From a bacterium (GTDB taxonomy: Bacteria > Bacteroidota > Ignavibacteria > UBA10030), in the NCBI GenBank assembly GCA_043803945.1, contig JAZDJN010000068.1, positions 1 to 19,280 on the forward strand: a stretch of DNA of 19,280 bases, written 5' to 3'. The stretch's first letter is position 1. Each line of letters begins with the position of its first letter. The notes beneath the pieces were generated by a model. The model saw nothing but the letters and a program-made list of their open reading frames with translations, was not told the DNA's origin and did no database searches. Positions 13,001 through 19,280 of this stretch are shown piece by piece. The position numbers were made by a program, and so were the translations under genes.

Positions 13001-16000
13001 GGCGGAGAGATGATCCAGCCGGGAACAACATGTAAAATCAGTTGGATTGCAGTTGGTTTAAGTGGCTCACGTCTTGAGTACAGTCTTGATGATACCAGCA
13101 ATTGGGTGTTTATCTCAAATATTGCCGCCACAACAGATAGCTATAACTGGCTTGTGCCGGGTGTCTCGTCATCTCGCTGCAGGATAAGAGTAAGCGATGT
13201 CAATAATTCGTTGATCAATGACATCAGTGATAGTATGTTTATTATAGGGGCGACCGGTTCCATGTTGCCATCAGTAACAACAGTAACTGCGACTTCAATC
13301 ACATCTTCGACCGCTTCACTGAACGGCACTATTAATCCGAATGGCTCTACTACAACTGCGTATTTCGAGTGGGGCACAAGCAGCGCACTTGCTTCGTATT
13401 CTACGACACAATCGCAATCGATTGGTTCAGGCACGAGTGCCATTACGTTCTCAGCAAGTTTATCAAGTTTAACTCTGAGTACCAACTATTATTTTCGTGC
13501 AGTAGGACAGAATAGTGCAGGTACACAGAAAGGATCGATTATTAGTTTCGTTACAGGCGGTGCGGTTGGCATTCCTACGATAACAAGTTTTTCCCCAACC
13601 TCCGGTCCAATTGGCACAGCAGTTACTATCACAGGCACAAACTTCAATCCCACCGCTTCCAATAATATCGTCTACTTTGGCGCCGTAAAGGCAACGGTGA
13701 CATTAGCCACTTCAACATCACTCACGGTGACCACACCGACAGGAGCCACCTATGCGCCGATCACAGTGACGGATACAACTACGCACCTAATGGCGTATTC
13801 TGCATCACCGTTCAATGTAACATTCACAGGTGGTGGATCTGTTACAGCAAGCTCTTTTGCAGTAAAGGTTGACTTCGCGACGGGGACTAATCCGTGTGGA
13901 TTAGCCATCGGTGATGTTGACGGAGATGGAAAAACCGACTTGGTGATTTGTAACAACACGTCAAACACAATATCTGTATATCGCAATACGGCGATAACTG
14001 GAACACTAGAGGCTAGTTCTTTCGCCGCAGGTGTGACTTTCGCAACAGCGGCCAGTCCAGTGAGTGTTGCACTCGCTGATTTTAATCGTGACGGCAGGTT
14101 AGATATTTTAGTTGCGAATTATGAGGCCTCGAGTGTTTCCATTCTACAGAATTCGAGCACTATTGGAAATATATCATTCAGATCGAAAGTAGATTTCAAC
14201 GTTGTCAGCCAGCCGTGGGGATTAGCCGTCGGAGATATCGACAAGGATGGAAAACCTGATTTTGCGGTGACCAACTATTTAAGTAGTATCGTTTCAGTAT
14301 TTAAAAATATCGAGAACGGACAGAATCTCTCCAATATCTCCTTTGCAACCAAAGTGGATTTGACAACAGCTGGATCGCAACCATTCGGCGTGGCACTTGC
14401 TGATATTGACTCTGATAGTAAGGTTGATCTAATTGTTTCGAATTATGTTTCTCAGAAAGTAAGTGTCTTTAAAAACAATAGCACCATCGGTGATATAAGT
14501 GCTGGATCCTTTCAAACAAGAGTGGATTTTTCAACGGGTACGAATTTAAGAGATGTAGTTATAAGTGACATTGATGGAGATGGAAAGCTTGATCTTGTGC
14601 TTGGCAATGATGGAGGAAATGTTGTTTCAATCATGCGAAATACGAGTAGTGTCGGTTCTATTACAGCCTCATCGTTTTCTCCAAAGGTAGACTACGTTGT
14701 AGGTAACTGGCCCGAGCATTTGGTGATTGCTGATATTGATGGCGACGGGAAATCGGATATTATAACAGGTAACAATGGTAGTGGAACGTTATCCATGTTG
14801 AAGAATAAAAGCACTATTGGCAATATTGATGCAACATCTTTTTCCTCCAAGATAGATTTCACAGTCGGTTCGTTGCCTGTGAATCTCAGTGTTGGTGTTG
14901 CAGATTTCGATATGGACCAAAAGCCAGATTTGGCTGTACTTAATGAATACAGTAATACCATATCAATATTTCGCAATACTATTGGTACTCCTAAAATAAT
15001 GGGCGAGTACCAACCTGATTCCAACACAGTTCTCCTTCTTCATATGAACGAAACCAGCGGGACAAAACTAACTGATGAAAGCGGCAAATCAAACCACGGA
15101 ACAGCCACTGAATCTCTTAAGCCTGAGAGTGGTAAATTCGGCAATGGATGGGGAGTTACGAATAAGAACCAGCAAATCATCGTTCAACACCATCCGACGC
15201 TGAACGCCGGCAACGAACCAATGACAATCGAGATGTGGGTAAAAGCAAGAATGTCGCCGACATATGGGAAACGGCTTGCAAGCAAGTTCCATACTGGTCC
15301 GCCATATAGAGGATGGATACTTGCTCTGACCCCGAATAATTATCGGTTCGGGGGAATGACAAACACGGGCCAAACAGAGAGCGATGTAACAAATGTCTCG
15401 GGCCCCACTTCTCTCGCAGATGGGAAATGGCATCACGTGGCGCTGGAGATATCCCTAACGGAAATGAGGGTGTATGTTGACGGTGTTCTGGAAGGGACAG
15501 CTTCAATTACCAATGTCAACTCCACAGACAACGCGGGGATAATCTATTTGAACGAAACAGGAGGCGAAGATTGGTCGGGAGTCTTTGATGAGTTTCGTAT
15601 TTCGAATGTTGCTCGCTCACCACAAGAATTCAATCTCCAGCTTCCGCCCAAAAGTCTCTTGGCGTCCTCGGCGTCCTTGGCGGTTAACTTGTCATGGCAA
15701 AATGGGGGCGGCGCAGTTCCATTCATGCGATACAAAATTTACAGCGGTAACGATTCTTTAAATGTCTGGCTTATCGATTCCACAACGAATACGAACTTCA
15801 CGAATTCCGGATTAGCGCAGGGGACAAGGTACTTCTATCGTGTGAGTGCAGTCGACTCAACTGGATTTGAAGGGGTAAAGAGCTACGCAGTGAGTGCCAT
15901 ACCGCAAACCGGCGTCTCAGCGCCAACAGCCACAACAAGTGCAGCATCTGCTATTGCTTCTATGTCAGCTACGCTGAACGGTTCTGTCAATCCAAACGGA

Positions 16001-18373
16001 TCATCAACCACCGCCTATTTCGAATGGAGCACAAACTCGAGCTTCTCTCCACTGAACACAACGTCATCGCAGAACATTGGCTCAAGCACTTCAGCAACAA
16101 ATATTTCAGCAAGTTTAACAAGTCTTACTCCTGGCACGACCTATTACTATCGAGTGTTTGCTCAAAACACCGGCGGCACTGTGCGGGGAACAACACAGAA
16201 CTTTACCACACTCATTCAAGCCCCGGATGTTGTGACACTCTCTTCTCCTACAAACGGGGCAAGCAGCCAGCCCGTGACTGTCACATTAAATTGGAGCTCA
16301 TCTGCACGCGCAGCATCCTACCGCATTCAGGTCTCGACATCTCAATTGTTTAGCTCGCTGCTCCTTGATGATTCAACAATCACCACAATTTCACGGCAGT
16401 TATCTGGTCTCTCAGGTAGCATCACATATTACTGGCGTGTCAGTGCAAAGAATGCCGGGGGCACCACTGCATGGTCTTCCACATGGAGCTTCACAACCGT
16501 GGCGGGCCTTCCATCCGCTCCCACACTCGCTGCGCCGGCAGATAATGCCACAGGCTTAGCCATTAACCCGACATTGAGTTGGAACAGTGTAATTGGAGCT
16601 ACCTCATATCGTTTGCAGATCTCTACACTCAGTAATTTCTCCTCATTGGTTCTCAATCAGTCAGGAATAACAGGGCTCTCATTCCAGGCGACAGGCTTAT
16701 CGAACAGCACTACGTATTACTGGCGAGTGAGTGCCACCAATACTGGTGGAGAAGGCTCATTCTCATCCACGAGTTCATTTACAACGATCATGAGTTTACC
16801 CTCTGCTCCAACGCTCTCATCCCCCGCCAATAATGCAACGAATCAAGCAAGCAGCGTACTTCTTGGATGGTCTTCTATTTCAGGAGGAACGTTTTATCAT
16901 CTTCAAGTATCAACAAATCAGACGTTCTCTTCTCTGAGTATTGAAGACTCTCTTCTTACTACGAACTCGAAGCAGTTAAGTAACCTTGCTACAAATTCAA
17001 CATACTATTGGCGAGTCAGAGCAAAGAATGCTGCCGGATATGGAAGTTGGTCTTCGGTTTATAGCTTTAGTACCATCGCATCCAAAACAGTCACATCGCC
17101 AGGAACTATATTTCCTTCTAATCCTACCTCATCGACTGACTACCGGCTGGTAAGTTTCCCTGGTACTACATCGCTCATGACCTCCCAGGTATTTTCAGGT
17201 TCTCAAAACACCGACTGGAGAATCTATCGCGATAATGGTTCTGCTGTCCCGAACCATCTTTCAGAGCTTTCTGCCAGCTCGTCCTTAAATATCGGTGAGG
17301 GATATTGGCTGCTCAGCAAAGGAACACTCAATTTCTCTCGCTCTCTCACAATGCCTCAACTCTCCAGTGATGGTACATACAGCATTAATCTCCGCAGTGG
17401 ATGGAACATCATCGGCAATCCGTTTGATGTTGCTGTTCCGTGGGATCTCATTCGCAGTGTTAATGGATTTTCATCCAATCGAATCATCTCTTCGTATGAA
17501 GGTGCTGCAGGATTTCAAAGTGCAGTAACACTGGAGCCATTTAAAGGATATTACTTTAACAGTGCATCGACAAGCTTAAAAATTCCATATCCATTCCCGG
17601 CAATGAACGTTATGCCTTTGGAGCAAGCCCAAATCGATTGGAAGATTCAGCTTGTTCTAGAGACCGATATCAATAAGGATGCAGAGAATTATCTCGGCAT
17701 TGCTCCAGCCGCGAAATTGGATCTTGACGAGTTCGATCAGCCTAAGCCACCAATGATGTTCGATCAGGGATTTCTCTATTTCTCACGGCCTGAGTGGGAT
17801 AAGCGATATGGATATTTCAATACAGATTATCGTCCTTCGGTGGGCGACGGACAGGTGTGGGAATTTGTCGTCTCGAATCCAAGGCGGTCTACATTCACTC
17901 TCCGTTTCCCTGATGTCGACAACGTCCCACTCATGTATGATGTCATTTTAATATGCCAACAGAATGCGACTCCGAGGAATCTGCGTCAGAAAAAATTTGC
18001 AGAGTATCAGATGGTGGGGGAGAAGATGCAATTCAAGTTGATAGTGGGGAAGCAAACGTACGCTGATGAGCAGGTAAAGCTGTTATTGCCGCGTGAATTT
18101 GTGCTTGCCCAGAACTATCCCAATCCCTTCAATCCATCGACACAAATCAGCTATTGGGTTCCGAAGGAATCCGCGATCCGGATTGAAGTCTGGTCGATTC
18201 TTGGCCAACATATTACAACTCTTGTTGATAGGGTGCATCCTCCGGGTGAACACAGTGTTATTTGGTATGCGCTGGATCAATCTGGAAGGTCAGTTTCGAG
18301 CGGTGTCTATTTCTATAAGCTTGTGGTCAATAACCAGGTTGTTGCCACCATGAAGATGATGTACTTACGATAA
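10037..18373 (+). CDS. Giant (2778 aa) secreted T9SS-cargo protein. Order of domains: six MAM-like (immune-inhibitor-A-type) domains, Ig-like domain, FN3-like domain, IPT/TIG domain, 7 FG-GAP/VCBS repeats, LamG, FN3-like domains, conserved pre-CTD module, T9SS CTD.
   Basis: The signal peptide is MKRYLLSFFLGFNLLLFADLNA-Q. Six units start at PFSDGFENGL..W and end at DGW.IDDV (10157-12976). An Ig-like block follows (VLSPNGGEMIQPGTTCKISW...CRIRVSD). The IPT/TIG block is IPTITSFSPTSGPIGTAVTITGTNF...VYFG...LTVTTPTGA (about 13571-13775). Seven repeats of the type F.TG..P..L.IGDVDGDGK.DL...N....T.S...N lie at about 13850-14990. The LamG-like block is IMGEYQPDSNTVLLLHMNETSG ... DEFRISNVARS (about 15000-15620). 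FN3-like blocks carry the YYWRV motif (about 15640-17080). The CTD is REFVLAQNYPNPFNPSTQISYWVPKESAIRIEVWSILGQ...GVYFYKL (about 18095-18370). Stop TAA at 18371-18373. Confidence 0.92.
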   Translation: MKRYLLSFFLGFNLLLFADLNAQTIVPQVNAFDSASPQVGFPFSDGFENGLGNWIVSGSDWDTTSATSRTGRYSITESRIGYYPANIIATITLAAPLNLSSAISPVVRFWHKYSLGSNDNYYVEVSTNGGTSWTALRSFYSYSSGAIQNTWTLEQYDLKNYRGASVKVRFRLESDGTNQSDGWNIDDVSITELEPSGSIPFSDGFENGLSKWIISGSDWDTTSVTSRAGNSSITESRTGYYPANGNATITLATSLNLSSAIAPVLRFWHKYSLGSNDNYFVEVSTNGGSSWTTLKSFYPYSSGAIQSTWTLEQYDLKNYRGTTVKVRFSLESDGTNQSDGWNIDDVSITELEASASLPFSDGFENGLSNWFVSGSDWDTTTATSRAGRSSITESRLGYYPANGNAAITLAVPLNLSSAISPVLRFWHKYSLGSNDNYYVEVSTNGGTSWTALKSFYPYSSGAIQIMWTLEQYDLKNYRGSAVKIRFRLESDGTNQSDGWNIDDVSITELETSASLPFSDGFDNGLSKWLFSGSDWDTISTTSRTGRYSINDSRIGYYPANGNATITLATPLNLSASISPVLRFWHKAMINKYDYAYVELSTDGGSVWIKLGQYGYDFYQSTWKMEQYDLQNYRGPTVKIRFRLYVDGNTSVADGWYIDDVEVKENLATPTLSLPFKDGFENGLTNWIVSGSDWDTTSSTSRTGRSSLTDSRIGSYPMNGNATVTLATPLNLSSAVSPLLSFWHKAMINDYDYMYVEISTDGGSVWTKLGQYGYDFYQSTWTMEQFDLQNYRGSTVKIRFRLYADENTSVADGWYIDDVEVKERTTAPMVSLPFIDGFENGLSNWIISGSDWDTTSQNYRTGQYAITESRLGNYPDYSNASITLAGSLNLTSALSPVIRFWHKYATATYENSYVEVSTNNGSNWTTIKTISYGTQSTWKMEEISLNSYRGGTIKVRFRFKSDDSNNNDGWYIDDVLIADSPLIKVLSPNGGEMIQPGTTCKISWIAVGLSGSRLEYSLDDTSNWVFISNIAATTDSYNWLVPGVSSSRCRIRVSDVNNSLINDISDSMFIIGATGSMLPSVTTVTATSITSSTASLNGTINPNGSTTTAYFEWGTSSALASYSTTQSQSIGSGTSAITFSASLSSLTLSTNYYFRAVGQNSAGTQKGSIISFVTGGAVGIPTITSFSPTSGPIGTAVTITGTNFNPTASNNIVYFGAVKATVTLATSTSLTVTTPTGATYAPITVTDTTTHLMAYSASPFNVTFTGGGSVTASSFAVKVDFATGTNPCGLAIGDVDGDGKTDLVICNNTSNTISVYRNTAITGTLEASSFAAGVTFATAASPVSVALADFNRDGRLDILVANYEASSVSILQNSSTIGNISFRSKVDFNVVSQPWGLAVGDIDKDGKPDFAVTNYLSSIVSVFKNIENGQNLSNISFATKVDLTTAGSQPFGVALADIDSDSKVDLIVSNYVSQKVSVFKNNSTIGDISAGSFQTRVDFSTGTNLRDVVISDIDGDGKLDLVLGNDGGNVVSIMRNTSSVGSITASSFSPKVDYVVGNWPEHLVIADIDGDGKSDIITGNNGSGTLSMLKNKSTIGNIDATSFSSKIDFTVGSLPVNLSVGVADFDMDQKPDLAVLNEYSNTISIFRNTIGTPKIMGEYQPDSNTVLLLHMNETSGTKLTDESGKSNHGTATESLKPESGKFGNGWGVTNKNQQIIVQHHPTLNAGNEPMTIEMWVKARMSPTYGKRLASKFHTGPPYRGWILALTPNNYRFGGMTNTGQTESDVTNVSGPTSLADGKWHHVALEISLTEMRVYVDGVLEGTASITNVNSTDNAGIIYLNETGGEDWSGVFDEFRISNVARSPQEFNLQLPPKSLLASSASLAVNLSWQNGGGAVPFMRYKIYSGNDSLNVWLIDSTTNTNFTNSGLAQGTRYFYRVSAVDSTGFEGVKSYAVSAIPQTGVSAPTATTSAASAIASMSATLNGSVNPNGSSTTAYFEWSTNSSFSPLNTTSSQNIGSSTSATNISASLTSLTPGTTYYYRVFAQNTGGTVRGTTQNFTTLIQAPDVVTLSSPTNGASSQPVTVTLNWSSSARAASYRIQVSTSQLFSSLLLDDSTITTISRQLSGLSGSITYYWRVSAKNAGGTTAWSSTWSFTTVAGLPSAPTLAAPADNATGLAINPTLSWNSVIGATSYRLQISTLSNFSSLVLNQSGITGLSFQATGLSNSTTYYWRVSATNTGGEGSFSSTSSFTTIMSLPSAPTLSSPANNATNQASSVLLGWSSISGGTFYHLQVSTNQTFSSLSIEDSLLTTNSKQLSNLATNSTYYWRVRAKNAAGYGSWSSVYSFSTIASKTVTSPGTIFPSNPTSSTDYRLVSFPGTTSLMTSQVFSGSQNTDWRIYRDNGSAVPNHLSELSASSSLNIGEGYWLLSKGTLNFSRSLTMPQLSSDGTYSINLRSGWNIIGNPFDVAVPWDLIRSVNGFSSNRIISSYEGAAGFQSAVTLEPFKGYYFNSASTSLKIPYPFPAMNVMPLEQAQIDWKIQLVLETDINKDAENYLGIAPAAKLDLDEFDQPKPPMMFDQGFLYFSRPEWDKRYGYFNTDYRPSVGDGQVWEFVVSNPRRSTFTLRFPDVDNVPLMYDVILICQQNATPRNLRQKKFAEYQMVGEKMQFKLIVGKQTYADEQVKLLLPREFVLAQNYPNPFNPSTQISYWVPKESAIRIEVWSILGQHITTLVDRVHPPGEHSVIWYALDQSGRSVSSGVYFYKLVVNNQVVATMKMMYLR
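10157..12976 (+). repeat. Six tandem in-frame copies of a 474-bp (158-codon) MAM-like domain unit.
   Basis: The Pro codon of the (F/I/L)PF(S/K/I)DGF motif falls at 10160, 10634, 11108, 11582, 12056 and 12530, exactly 474 nt apart each time. Copies 1-3 share one C-terminal half (KYSLGSNDNYYVEVSTNGG.SW...ESDGTNQSDGWNIDDVSITE). Copies 4-5 share another (KAMIN.YDY.YVE.STDGGSVW...NTSVADGWYIDDVEVKE). Copy 6 is divergent. Confidence 0.92.
15587..16492 (+). repeat. Dispersed paralogous block shared, without gaps, with 3283-4188 of the first giant gene.
   Basis: The offset is 12304 nt at both ends of the block: DE(V/F)RISN at 3283 and 15587, and W(N/S)F at 4180 and 16484. The protein blocks are colinear (QEFNLQLPPK...YRVSAVDSTGFEG...SATLNGSVNPN.SSTTAYFEWSTN.SFSPLNTT...NISASLTSLTPGTTYYYRVFAQNTGGTVRGTTQ...IQAPDVVTLSSP.NGASSQ...YYWRVSAKNAGGT). 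A 53-nt run is perfectly identical (3796-3848 = 16100-16152). Confidence 0.9.
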
Positions 18374-18382
18374 TATAATGCA

Positions 18383-18571
18383 CTCCATCCTTCGATGAAC
18401 TCAGGATGGAGATTCTGGAGGAGAAGAAGAAAAACTCCACAGTGAGCTTGTCGAACTGTGAAGTCAGAAGATCTTGTGAAAGCTATCAATCTCCACCCTT
18501 CGATGAACTCAGGATGGAGATTCTGGAGGAAAAGAAAAAAAACTCCACAGTGAGCTTGTCGAACTGTGGAG
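18383..18571. repeat. Two tandem composites (108-bp period), each made of hairpin A, a purine-rich linker and hairpin B, immediately upstream of the GIY-YIG gene.
   Basis: Hairpin A is CTCCATCC-TTCGATGAACTCA-GGATGGAG at 18383-18411, and again at 18491-18519 with the stem arm CTCCACCC. Hairpin B is CTCCACAG-TGAGCTTGTCGAA-CTGTG(A/G)AG at 18435-18463 and 18543-18571. The linkers ATTCTGGAGGAGAAGAAGAAAAA and ATTCTGGAGGAAAAGAAAAAAAA are also conserved. Confidence 0.9.
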
Positions 18572-18607
18572 AAAGAAGGCGCAGTAAATGAAATAAGGAG
18601 GGAGGAC

Positions 18608-18907
18608 ATGAATAAGACGTGGTACGTCTATATCTTGCTATGTTCGGACAACTCATATTACACAGGTAGAACATCGGAGCTCATCAGACGTCTTCAAGAA
18701 CATAAACGAGGGATCGGAAGTGAGTACACAAGAATTCGTCGACCTGTGAATTTATTGTGGTATGATGTATTTCCAAACGAGTTTCAAGCTCACTGTGCCG
18801 AGAGGCAGATAAAAGGATGGATAAGAGCAAAGAAAGAAGCTTTAATGAAAAATGATTTTGAATTACTGATAAAATTATCACGTAGCAGGTCTTCTAAAGA
18901 TGTGTAG
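18608..18907 (+). CDS. Small stand-alone GIY-YIG nuclease family protein (UPF0213/COG2827-like).
   Basis: The sequence MNKTWYVYILLCSDNSYYTGRTSELIRRLQEHKRG ... AERQIKGWIRAKKEAL contains the GIY (VYIL) and YIG (YYTG) motifs. It also has the conserved Arg region and the ...E.QIKGW.R.KK tail typical of this family. The start is placed at ATG 18608 because AAGGAGGGAGG lies directly upstream. The ORF-track start at 18566 lies inside hairpin repeat B. Confidence 0.85.
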   Translation: MNKTWYVYILLCSDNSYYTGRTSELIRRLQEHKRGIGSEYTRIRRPVNLLWYDVFPNEFQAHCAERQIKGWIRAKKEALMKNDFELLIKLSRSRSSKDV

Positions 18908-18914
18908 GATATTC

Positions 18915-19106
18915 CTCCATCCTTCGACAAGCCTTCGCCCTGAGCTCAGGCCGAAGGGCTCAGGATGGAAGCGGTTTCTTTTTATAGATGGAAATATTAT
19001 TTAGAACTCCACAGTGAGCTTGTCGAACTGTGGAGTAAGGAAAAACCATTCTCCATCCGTTGCCAAGCTTTCGCTCTGAGTCCAGGCCGAAGAGCTCAGG
19101 CCAGAG
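18915..19106. repeat. Downstream hairpin-repeat cluster: an A-type stem with a nested palindrome in its loop, a perfect B hairpin, and a degenerate A-type copy.
   Basis: At 18915-18970, CTCCATCC-TTCGACAAGC[27-nt palindromic insert containing CCTGAGCTCAGG]TCA-GGATGGAA. At 19007-19035, CTCCACAG-TGAGCTTGTCGAA-CTGTGGAG. At 19051-19106, CTCCATCC-GTTGCCAAGCTTTCGCTCTGAGTCCAGGCCGAAGAGCTCA-GGCCAGAG (degenerate). Confidence 0.8.
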
Positions 19107-19137
19107 GTTTAAGATGCTATCAAAAAAAGGGTAAGTC

Positions 19138-19280
19138 ATGATTCTTACAAGATTTCATTATTCCTCAAGGCGGATTGTCCCGCCTCTTCTCATTGCACTT
19201 CTGTTCTATTTAGCGCCACCCCCACTTCTAGCTCAGGAAAAAGGATTACAACGTGAGAGAATTGAAAATGCACGATGGGC
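19138..19280 (+). CDS. 5' end of a putative secreted protein; continues past the window edge.
   Basis: ATG at 19138 is preceded by AAAGGGTAAG. The frame stays open to the window end and translates to MILTRFHYSSRRIVPPLLIALLFYLAPPPLLAQEKGLQRERIENARW. This is signal-peptide-like (basic n-region, hydrophobic core, LLA-Q). It is too short for any functional call. Confidence 0.4.
   Translation, partial: MILTRFHYSSRRIVPPLLIALLFYLAPPPLLAQEKGLQRERIENARW

Noticed and set aside
171-18280. Many 60-130 aa ORFs on the minus strand or in alternative frames inside the two giant genes. Examples are 171..566(-), 1216..1575(-), 3987..4352(+), 13141..13485(-), 15089..15436(-) and 16024..16353(+).
   Set aside because: All are fully embedded in long + strand ORFs that have clear domain content. 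Their translations are low-complexity or repeat-shadow sequences (for example the recurring MSQSDPL... ORFs opposite each MAM-like unit). None has a recognisable motif or RBS.
18383-18580. Possible CRISPR array, suggested by the regularly spaced palindromic repeats (108-bp period).
   Set aside because: There are only two units. The sequence between hairpin A and hairpin B is itself conserved, so it is a linker rather than a unique spacer. The repeats come in two forms in opposite orientation, and the same hairpins recur irregularly downstream of the GIY-YIG gene. No cas genes or leader are present. It behaves like a REP/BIME-type repeat cluster.
18313-18674. ORFs 18313..18609(-), 18406..18591(+), 18486..18674(-), and the ORF-track start of the GIY-YIG gene at 18566.
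   Set aside because: These ORFs are internally duplicated only because they translate the tandem hairpin composites (e.g. FTVRQAHCGVF twice; STVSLSNC twice). The ATG at 18566 lies inside hairpin B. The ATG at 18608 has a strong AAGGAGG-type RBS and begins exactly at the conserved GIY-YIG core.
1-19280. A diversity-generating retroelement or other programmed hypervariation as an explanation for the near-identical segments in the giant genes. Also rRNA, tRNA, integrase or transposase genes.
   Set aside because: There is no reverse transcriptase ORF and no template/variable repeat pair with adenine-specific differences. The differences between the paralogous blocks involve all bases. No cloverleaf-like tRNA, rRNA-like segment, or DDE/tyrosine/serine recombinase motif was found in any long ORF.

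Overview
All credible genes in this 19.3 kb window are on the + strand. Domain and family names come from motif recognition by eye; no homology search was run. The T9SS-type C-terminal sorting domains suggest an FCB-group genome, perhaps Ignavibacteriota/Bacteroidota-like (inference). Two giant secreted T9SS-cargo genes dominate: 1..5811 (5' end outside the window) and 10037..18373 (2778 aa). They have different N-terminal 'heads' but share a paralogous C-terminal chassis: LamG, FN3-like domains, an unnamed roughly 340-aa module, then the T9SS CTD. Both also contain exact-period internal tandem repeats. Between them lies a ~4.2 kb accessory islet (5812..10036). It carries a GxxExxY PD-(D/E)XK nuclease ORF bracketed by inverted repeats, with an ORF-less second copy of the same repeat pair. 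It also carries a small membrane-anchored beta-rich protein, a signal-peptide-bearing caspase-like (C14) protease, a small antitoxin-like ORF followed by a decayed RelE/ParE-like toxin remnant, and a lone DUF2442 gene. At the 3' end a small GIY-YIG nuclease gene sits inside an array of hairpin repeats. These repeats are a single family present in both orientations, with stem covariation and a conserved loop, a layout reminiscent of REPIN/RAYT. A further secreted-protein gene then begins at 19138. No rRNA, tRNA, CRISPR array, transposase or integrase was recognised. The best candidates for something undescribed are the two nuclease-plus-structured-repeat associations (GIY-YIG with hairpins, GxxExxY with inverted repeats) and the extracytoplasmic caspase module sitting between the T9SS cargo genes.
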